A stretch of DNA of 64,000 nucleotides, from positions 14,949 through 78,948 of the forward strand of contig CAZQUR010000002.1 in the NCBI GenBank assembly GCA_964596535.1. Direction: 5' to 3'. The stretch comes from an uncultured Desulfobacteraceae bacterium (GTDB taxonomy: Bacteria > Desulfobacterota > Desulfobacteria > Desulfobacterales > UBA2156). A program made the translations under genes and the position numbers. The notes under the pieces were generated by a model that saw nothing but the letters and a program-made list of their open reading frames with translations, was not told the DNA's origin and ran no database searches. Within the stretch, counting starts at the first letter, position 1, and every line of letters begins with the position of its first letter. This document shows positions 57,958 to 64,000 of this stretch, piece after piece.

Positions 57958-58808
57958 CTTCTTTTAACGATATCCTCGAACAGGGAATCCGGAACGGCAA
58001 AGTCTCCCCGCCCGCATCCCAGACGGATCTCGGGTTTCAAATCCCCGTGAAAGTCGGTCCCTCCGGTCACCCAAAGATGATGTCGACGTGCCAGGCGGGC
58101 ATAAAAAGCGGTCTGGGGGAGGGAATGCTCGGGAGAATACACCTCCAGGCCTTTCATCCCGTTTTTCTTGAGATGGACAACGACGGTTTCCAGGAGATTC
58201 TCATCGCGAAGGTTCAAGAGCCCCGGATGGGCCAAGACCGGGAGCCCTCCGGCGTTTTGGATCAACGCAACGGCCTCTTTACACCCGATGCGGAATTTAT
58301 CCACGTAGGCGGGCTTCCCCCGGCCCAGAAACCGATCAAAGGCGTCGTCGAGGCTGGTGGCGTATTTTTTTTCCACGAGAACCCGGGCGATGTGGGGGCG
58401 CCCCACCTGATCCCCGGCCGCGGCCTTTCGGATTTCTGTTTCGGTGATTTCCATGTTCAGTTTTTTCAGCTTTTCCAGGATTTTCGGATTTCGGTTGCGC
58501 CGGGCGTTTTGGAGCAAGGACAAGATCCGATTCAGCTCCGGGTGGTCCACGTCGATGTCATAACCCAGGATATGAATGGTGGCGGAAATGGAAAACTCCG
58601 GCGGCGGTGCGGCGCTGATTTCCACCCCGGTCAGAAATCCCAAACCGGGCGGGATCCCGGCGGAAAGGGCGTCTTTGACCCCTTCCACGGTGTCATGATC
58701 GGTGAGGGCGACGGCCTTTAAGTTCAGGTTGACGGCCGCTTGAAGGATCTCGGCGGCGGCGCAGGTACCGTCCGACGCCGAAGTATGCACATGTAAATCG
58801 ATGCTCAC
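57948..58808 (-). CDS. PHP-domain phosphoesterase (TrpH/YciV-like)
   Basis: IDLHVHTSASDG... and TDHDT motifs. Probable GTG start at 58808, 8 nt after the dksA-like stop. The track start at 58937 would overlap that gene. Confidence 0.8.
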   Translation of the reverse strand: MSIDLHVHTSASDGTCAAAEILQAAVNLNLKAVALTDHDTVEGVKDALSAGIPPGLGFLTGVEISAAPPPEFSISATIHILGYDIDVDHPELNRILSLLQNARRNRNPKILEKLKKLNMEITETEIRKAAAGDQVGRPHIARVLVEKKYATSLDDAFDRFLGRGKPAYVDKFRIGCKEAVALIQNAGGLPVLAHPGLLNLRDENLLETVVVHLKKNGMKGLEVYSPEHSLPQTAFYARLARRHHLWVTGGTDFHGDLKPEIRLGCGRGDFAVPDSLFEDIVKRRWK

Positions 58809-58815
58809 ATGGATG

Positions 58816-59178
58816 TTACAGGCCGAGGGCCTTTTCCAGGGCTTCTTCTTTTGTTTTGCATTCAATGCAAAGCGTGGTGACCGGCCGCGCTTTGAGTCGC
58901 TTGATGGAGATTTCACCCCCGCAGGATTCACAGACACCGAAGGTGCCGTTTTCGATGCGATCCAGGGCCAGTTTTATTTTTTTGATCAGTTTGCTTTCCC
59001 GATCCCGGATCCGGAGCATGAAATTCCGATCCGATTCCAGGGAGGCACGGTCGGTGGGGTCCGGAAAGCTTTCCTTGACCGCGGTCATTCCGGATACCGT
59101 GTCATCCACCTGGTTGAGCAATTCGTTGAGCTGGTCATTGAGATATTTTTTGAAATAGTCGAAATCTTTTTGTTTCAT
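58816..59178 (-). CDS. DksA/TraR family C4-type zinc-finger protein
   Basis: CESCGGEISIKRLKARPVTTLCIECK, preceded by a coiled-coil-like region. Confidence 0.85.
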   Translation of the reverse strand: MKQKDFDYFKKYLNDQLNELLNQVDDTVSGMTAVKESFPDPTDRASLESDRNFMLRIRDRESKLIKKIKLALDRIENGTFGVCESCGGEISIKRLKARPVTTLCIECKTKEEALEKALGL

Positions 59179-59545
59179 CGGGACACCCCACGGCATTCAA
59201 TCATTCTATGAATTTAAAAGGAATGAGGTTACCAAAAAAAATGCCGGGTGTAAAGCATAAAATCCATTGCCGTGAACCGTTTTGAAGCCCCTGCCGCACG
59301 TCCCCTGGTCGCATCGGGGGAACCCACCTTGTGCAATTATTTCAAGTGACTTATTCATTCATTTTCGATACAAGGCGATCGTAAGCCCCGGAAAACGGTT
59401 TGTCTCGAAAGTTTTTGCCGTTTCTTTGTTTCGCGTGCCAAACGGTTGACAAACGCCCGGATTGAAAAACGGCGTGGACAAAAACGGCTTTTTACAGGAT
59501 GCAACAGCGTTCTTGGATTACACCCCCCAAGGTAAGGAGGCAGGG

Positions 59546-59776
59546 ATGGTGGAAAAAGCGTATCGGCCCGATTATCGGAGAGTGGTGGTCCGCACTTCGG
59601 ATGGGGAGATCATCCAGGGGAGCATCAACATCGCTTCCAAGGAACGGGTGTCGGATATCTTCACAAAGCAGGAAAACCCGTTCGTCGTGATGAAAGACGT
59701 CTATTTCCGTGAAAACCGTCTCGAGACCCTCATCGTCAATAAGACCTTCATCGTCTGGGTGGAACCCCTCGATTAA
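59546..59776 (+). CDS. small hypothetical protein (76 aa)
   Basis: AAGGAGG 5 nt before ATG 59546. The sequence looks beta-strand-rich by eye (VVVRTSDGEIIQGSINI...FVVMKDV...LIVNKTFIVWVEP). No family recognised. Confidence 0.5.
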   Translation: MVEKAYRPDYRRVVVRTSDGEIIQGSINIASKERVSDIFTKQENPFVVMKDVYFRENRLETLIVNKTFIVWVEPLD

Positions 59777-60720
59777 ACATTCTTTTTGGCACGCGCCGTC
59801 AAGAAGGTCTCCAGGCTTTTCAAGTCACCCACGTTAAAGATTGCGGCGGGATGCGTCTTGGGAAAGATCTTTTTCTGAATTCCGGAAAGGACGCGTCCCG
59901 GCCCCACTTCCACAAAGGCCGCCACCCCGTCTTCCATGAGTCGGATCATCGCATCATGCCAGCGGACGGGATTGCACAGTTGTTCGGCCAAAAGACGCCT
60001 TATTTCTTCCGGGTCGCTGCAGTAATCGGCACTCACATTGAAAATGACCCCCCTTTGGGGTGCGTTGAAGGGCAGGGATTGAAGGAACGCCCCGAATTCC
60101 CTTTCGGCCCCCTGGATCAAGGGGCTGTGCCACGCGCCGCTGACGTTCAGGGGGATGGCCCGGGCGCCCCGGGCCTGGGCGGCCTGGGCGGCGTTTTGGA
60201 CCGGTCCGGGGGAGCCGCTGATGGCGATCTGAAGTGCCGTGTTGTGGTTGGCGACGGAAACGACCCCGTGGGCATGGGCGTCCGTGACGATTTGTTGAAC
60301 AACATCGATGGCCAACCCCACGATGGCCACCATGGCCCCGGGGTGTTTTCGGGCTTCCCGGTGCATGAGCTGCCCGCGCCTGAAGACCGCCCGGAGGGTG
60401 TCCCGAGGGGAAAGAACTCCGGCGGCGGCAAGGGCGCTGTATTCTCCGAGGCTGTGCCCGGCGGTCAACTCCGGCCAAATCCCTTCCCGCTCAAGGACGG
60501 AAAGACATGCCAGGTTGACGCAAGTGACGGCGGGTTGGAGGTTGACGGTCTCGGTCAGGGCTTCCATGGGACCCTTGAAGCACAGGTTTTTCAACTTCAT
60601 CTTGACCGTTTCTTCGGCCATATCGAACAATTCCCGGACAAAGTCGAACTCCTGGTAAAAATCGAGCCCCATGCCCACGGACTGGGATCCCTGGCCGGGG
60701 AATAAAAACGCGGTCTTCAT
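59773..60720 (-). CDS. fabD: malonyl CoA-ACP transacylase
   Basis: MKTAFLFPGQGSQSVGMG and GHSLGEYSAL active-site motifs. The track start at 60804 is an extension. Confidence 0.93.
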   Translation of the reverse strand: MKTAFLFPGQGSQSVGMGLDFYQEFDFVRELFDMAEETVKMKLKNLCFKGPMEALTETVNLQPAVTCVNLACLSVLEREGIWPELTAGHSLGEYSALAAAGVLSPRDTLRAVFRRGQLMHREARKHPGAMVAIVGLAIDVVQQIVTDAHAHGVVSVANHNTALQIAISGSPGPVQNAAQAAQARGARAIPLNVSGAWHSPLIQGAEREFGAFLQSLPFNAPQRGVIFNVSADYCSDPEEIRRLLAEQLCNPVRWHDAMIRLMEDGVAAFVEVGPGRVLSGIQKKIFPKTHPAAIFNVGDLKSLETFLTARAKKNV

Positions 60721-60733
60721 CGCAAGGGTCCTT

Positions 60734-62086
60734 TCATTTTTCGTCGAGGTTGAAGAGCTTTCGGGTAACGTCCAGGGTGACGGCTTTGGCGTCGTAGCGG
60801 GCAAGATCTTTTAAGTACAATGTGGGGTCGTGGAGGATTTTGTTCACCATCGCATCGGCCATGCGGTACAGGGCCTGCCGCTGGGCGTCGGTTGTCCCGC
60901 CCCACCCGGAAAGGGTTTTGTCGATTTCGGCGTAAACGATCCGTTCAATCTTGCTTCTCAGCGCCACCACGGTCGGCACCACCTCCAGACTTTCGTACCA
61001 TCGCCGAAAGGCGGCCACGGCTTCATCTACAATGCGTTCTCCTTTGGCCGCTTCCCGAAGGCGATCCGCCATGTTTTCCTCGGTGATCCCTTTTAAATCG
61101 TCAATGTCATAGACATAGGTGTTGGGAAGCTGGTTGATGGACGGATCGATGTCCCGGGGAACGGCGATGTCAATGAAAAACAGGGGACGGTTTTTTCTGG
61201 CCCGGATGACCCCCTTGACCTGATCCCGGCGGATCACCATGTCCGGGGAACCCGTGGAACTGATGATAATGTCCGCCACGGGCAAAAGACCGTCGATCTC
61301 TTCAAAGCGGACCGCCTGTCCTTTGAACTTTCGAGCCAGTTCCAACCCCCGCTGGAAGGTCCGGTTGGCCACGAAGATGGTCCCCGACCGGTTCCGCACC
61401 AGATGTTCCACGGCGATCTCCGCCATTTCCCCGGCGCCGATGAGGAGCACCTTTTTTCCTTCCAGGGTCTCGAAGATCTTTTTGGCCAGTTCAATGGCGG
61501 CATAACTGATGGAGACCGCATGGTCGCCGATTCCCGTTTCGCTGCGGACCCGTTTGGCCACAAAAAAAGCCCGGTGCAGCAGGCGGTTGAGAATGACCCC
61601 GGTGGTTTTTTTGACGGTCGCCATCCGGTAGGCCTCTTTCATCTGCCCCAGGATCTGGGGCTCCCCGACCATCATGGAGTCAAGGCTTGCCGCCACCCGG
61701 AACACATGCCGCACCGCCGCGTCTCCTCTGTGGGTGTAGAGGACCGCATCCAGAACCGACGGCGCCATCCCTTCGAAGCTTAAAAGAAAGGCTTTGACGT
61801 GCCTTGTGGCGGCATCGGGATTCCCCGTGACCGTCAGGACCTCCACCCGGTTGCAGGTGGACAGCAGTATCGCTTCCCGGATGTCCGGGACCTGGCCGAG
61901 ATCCTGAAGCCCCTTTTCCGCATCGGTTTCAGAAAGGGCGATGCATTCCCGGAGTTCCACCGGTGCCGTTTCATGGTTGAGGCCCACAAGGAGGATTTCG
62001 GGGATGGTGTCCGGCGTTTTTGGAATCATGGCACCCGCCGAAAATCGGGATTGAAAAGGCTTCCCGCCGGCATGGACGGAAAACAC
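60734..62086 (-). CDS. hemA: glutamyl-tRNA reductase
   Basis: LLVGLNHETAPVELRE, STCNRVE, LIGAGEMAE motifs. The start is GTG 62086 (abutting the upstream stop) or, more HemA-like in length, ATG 62029. Confidence 0.92.
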   Translation of the reverse strand: MFSVHAGGKPFQSRFSAGAMIPKTPDTIPEILLVGLNHETAPVELRECIALSETDAEKGLQDLGQVPDIREAILLSTCNRVEVLTVTGNPDAATRHVKAFLLSFEGMAPSVLDAVLYTHRGDAAVRHVFRVAASLDSMMVGEPQILGQMKEAYRMATVKKTTGVILNRLLHRAFFVAKRVRSETGIGDHAVSISYAAIELAKKIFETLEGKKVLLIGAGEMAEIAVEHLVRNRSGTIFVANRTFQRGLELARKFKGQAVRFEEIDGLLPVADIIISSTGSPDMVIRRDQVKGVIRARKNRPLFFIDIAVPRDIDPSINQLPNTYVYDIDDLKGITEENMADRLREAAKGERIVDEAVAAFRRWYESLEVVPTVVALRSKIERIVYAEIDKTLSGWGGTTDAQRQALYRMADAMVNKILHDPTLYLKDLARYDAKAVTLDVTRKLFNLDEK

Positions 62087-62929
62087 CTAAAACCGTGTGA
62101 ACTCCCCATGATGCCCTTTCAAGAGGAAGTTGACGCCGAAAAAGGTGAACAGCAAAACGGCGAACGCGATGATGGAGAAAACGGCCGCCCGCCGCCCCCG
62201 CCATCCCACGGTGAGTCGTTCATGGAGCAGGGCCGCGTAGACCAGCCAGGTGACAGCGGACCAGACTTCCTTGGGATCCCAGCTCCAGAACCGTCCCCAC
62301 ACCGATTTGGCGTAGATGAAACCGGCGATGAGCCCCGCCGTGAGGAACGTAAACCCCACCACGATACAGGTGTATCCCGCGGCATCGAGGCGTTCCAGAG
62401 AGGGAAGCCGCCGGAAGAAGAACCCCCGGGACTTGTTCTTGATGGCCCGCTCCTGGACCAGGTATAAAATCCCGGCGCCGCAGGCCAGGGCAAAGGCGGC
62501 GTCTCCCACAAAGACGCTCACCACGTGGAAGACAAACCAGAAACCGGAAAAGATCTCTTTCACCGGCCCGGTGTGCCGGGGAAGCTGGGAAGCCACCACC
62601 ATGAGGGCCAGCGCCGCGGGAGCGGCGAAGATGCCTAAAATTTTGAGCTTGAACCGATGCCGCACCGCCAAAAACACCACGGCCACCGCCCATGCCGCCA
62701 GGGACAGGGTCTCGAACAAGTTGCGCACGGGCATGGCGCCCGTCTGGACAAAGACGGCGATGATAATGGCGGAGTGGCACAAAAGCCCCGCGAAGAGGAT
62801 GTAATACCCGAAATGATGGAGCGCGTCTTTCTGGAAGAAGAGGTACGCCAGGTAACAGGCCGTACTCAACAGATAAAGGGAGATCACCGCGGAAACGAGG
62901 TTTTCCATAAACTCACCGAAACAAAGCAA
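62087..62929 (-). CDS. cytochrome c assembly family protein (CcsA/HemX-like)
   Basis: Eight-TM-like protein with the Trp-rich motif WGRFWSWDPKEVWSAVTWLVYAALLH. Lies upstream of hemA as in hemAX-type clusters. Alternative ATG start at 62908. Confidence 0.8.
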   Translation of the reverse strand: MLCFGEFMENLVSAVISLYLLSTACYLAYLFFQKDALHHFGYYILFAGLLCHSAIIIAVFVQTGAMPVRNLFETLSLAAWAVAVVFLAVRHRFKLKILGIFAAPAALALMVVASQLPRHTGPVKEIFSGFWFVFHVVSVFVGDAAFALACGAGILYLVQERAIKNKSRGFFFRRLPSLERLDAAGYTCIVVGFTFLTAGLIAGFIYAKSVWGRFWSWDPKEVWSAVTWLVYAALLHERLTVGWRGRRAAVFSIIAFAVLLFTFFGVNFLLKGHHGEFTRF

Positions 62930-62955
62930 TGCGCATCAGAAAATGTTGACCGGAA

Positions 62956-63058
62956 CGCTTCCCGCAAGCCCCGCCTTTTCAGGCGGGGTCGAGGGAAGCG
63001 ATCTTAAAATAGACACTTTCCTTACCGGGGAGCCCCGCTTTTCAGAGCGGGGGGCTCC
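62956..63058. repeat. two tandem GC-rich hairpin (REP-like) elements in the sirC to ccsA-like spacer
   Basis: CGCTTCCC-gcaa-GCCCCGCC-ttttca-GGCGGGGtc-ga-GGGAAGCG (62956-63000) and GGAGCCCCGC-ttttcaga-GCGGGGGGCTCC (63029-63058). They share the core AGCCCCGC(C)TTTTCAG.GCGGGG. Confidence 0.7.
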
Positions 63059-63086
63059 ACAATCAGGGGATGCACCCATTGCCGGC

Positions 63087-63752
63087 TCAGGACTTTTCTC
63101 CGGGCAGCGCATCGATTTCGTATTCCTTCCCAAATATTTTCCGTAAAAGGGCATTGATTCGACCGATATCCTTTTCCTTTATCCACCGCAGGAGATCGCT
63201 TCGGATCAGCGCCTCGAAGAGGGGCTTGTGGGCTTCCGGCGCGTGGGCGGTTTGCAGCAGCTTCCGCCGGACCTGTCCCATGAGGCGTAAAAAGTCCGCA
63301 TACTCCGGGCCGAATTCTTTTTCAAGCGCCTGTCGAAGCGTCTTTGCAAAGGCCGGACTCGTTCCGGATGTGGACACGGCGATGATGAGATCTCCCCGAT
63401 TGACGATGGACGGGAGGATAAAATTGCAGGCCTCGGGCCTGTCGGCGATGTTGCACAGCATATTTCGGCCCAGGGCTTCCCGGCTGACGCTCCGGTTGAG
63501 CCGGGGATCGTCCGTGGCGCCGATGACCAGAAACATGCCGTCCAGGTCTTTGGGCCGAAATGTTCGCCGGTGAAGCGTGACGGCGCCGGCCCGGACCCAC
63601 TGAAAAAGCGCGGGGGCGACGTCAAGACTCACCACGGTGACACGGGCCCCGCATTCCAGAAGGGTTTTTACCTTCCGGGTTCCCACCTCGCCGCCGCCCA
63701 CCACCAGGCACGCTTTGTCTTTCACGTCCAGATATACAGGATAATACTTCAT
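63087..63752 (-). CDS. precorrin-2 dehydrogenase / sirohydrochlorin ferrochelatase (SirC/CysG N-terminal type)
   Basis: YPVYLDVKDKACLVVGGGEVGTRKVKTLLECGARVTVVS Rossmann motif. 221 aa, no methyltransferase domain. Confidence 0.88.
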   Translation of the reverse strand: MKYYPVYLDVKDKACLVVGGGEVGTRKVKTLLECGARVTVVSLDVAPALFQWVRAGAVTLHRRTFRPKDLDGMFLVIGATDDPRLNRSVSREALGRNMLCNIADRPEACNFILPSIVNRGDLIIAVSTSGTSPAFAKTLRQALEKEFGPEYADFLRLMGQVRRKLLQTAHAPEAHKPLFEALIRSDLLRWIKEKDIGRINALLRKIFGKEYEIDALPGEKS

Positions 63753-64000
63753 TTTGTCGACGGGAACGTCATACGGGTTTCATCTGTTTTCGGGTTTCCG
63801 ACGCTCAGTTCGACGGTCATGAGGTCGTGGGCGATCTTCATGGGGCCGGCATAGGTTTTCCGGCATTCTTTTTCAATATCGATCAAGTCGCATTCGGGGT
63901 AGAGATGGGTCAGCACCAACAGGGAAACCCCGGCTTTTCGGGCGACTTCCCCGGCCAGGGAAGGGGTGAGGTGGCCATTGACTTTCAGATCGTCCGGCAG
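63749..64000 (-). CDS. MBL-fold hydrolase-like protein, 3' end only (5' end outside window)
   Basis: My own translation of the minus strand from nt 64000: LPDDLKVNGHLTPSLAGEVARKAGVSLLVLTHLYPE...MTVELSVGNPKTDETRMTFPSTK*. The TGA overlaps the sirC ATG (ATGA). HLT...LVLTHL resembles the C-terminal motif of RNase Z/MBL enzymes. Confidence 0.45.
   Translation of the reverse strand: MPDDLKVNGHLTPSLAGEVARKAGVSLLVLTHLYPECDLIDIEKECRKTYAGPMKIAHDLMTVELSVGNPKTDETRMTFPSTK

Noticed and set aside
1-64000. Scan for transposases, integrases, phage genes, toxin-antitoxin pairs, CRISPR arrays, rRNA genes, and in-frame TGA (selenocysteine) or frameshift-split genes.
   Set aside because: None recognised. Every sizeable ORF with coding character is accounted for by the listed features, and no adjacent same-family ORF fragments suggest recoding or pseudogenes.

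Overview
GC-rich chromosomal segment from a dissimilatory sulfate reducer (Desulfobacterota-like; lineage is an inference from gene content). Nearly the whole window is tightly packed core genome. In order it holds: a sulfatase-like gene (5' truncated) and murJ; a translationally coupled polyamine cassette (pdaD, deoxyhypusine-synthase-like, speB); a Dpp/Opp-type ABC transporter; a minus-strand operon gntR-dctPQM-pxpABC facing a divergent short BCCP, biotin carboxylase and DUF169-like operon; a B12/radical-SAM (DUF4070) gene; the sulfate-activation and reduction genes sat and aprBA-qmoABC; three YkgJ-type Cys-cluster paralogs plus an SDR and a dGTPase; infC-rpmI-rplT-pheST-merR; tRNA-Gly(CCC); rimP-nusA-infB-DUF503-rbfA-nrnA-truB-rpsO-pnp-M16 peptidase-dut-MBL; a dksA-like, PHP, rnc, radical-SAM operon; and fabD-hemA-ccsA-like-sirC. 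I saw no mobile elements, CRISPR arrays, prophage genes or recognisable defence islands. The most interesting candidates are: (1) a possibly split, urea-carboxylase-like biotin enzyme (PxpB/PxpC + BCCP + BC + LamB) with its own TRAP importer, GntR regulator and a perfect 16-bp-arm palindrome; (2) the YkgJ trio flanking aprBA; (3) an intrinsic-terminator-like hairpin between aprA and qmoA; (4) a small GC-rich REP-like hairpin family, one copy of which lies in coding sequence. All functional calls rest on motif recognition by eye. No database searches were run.
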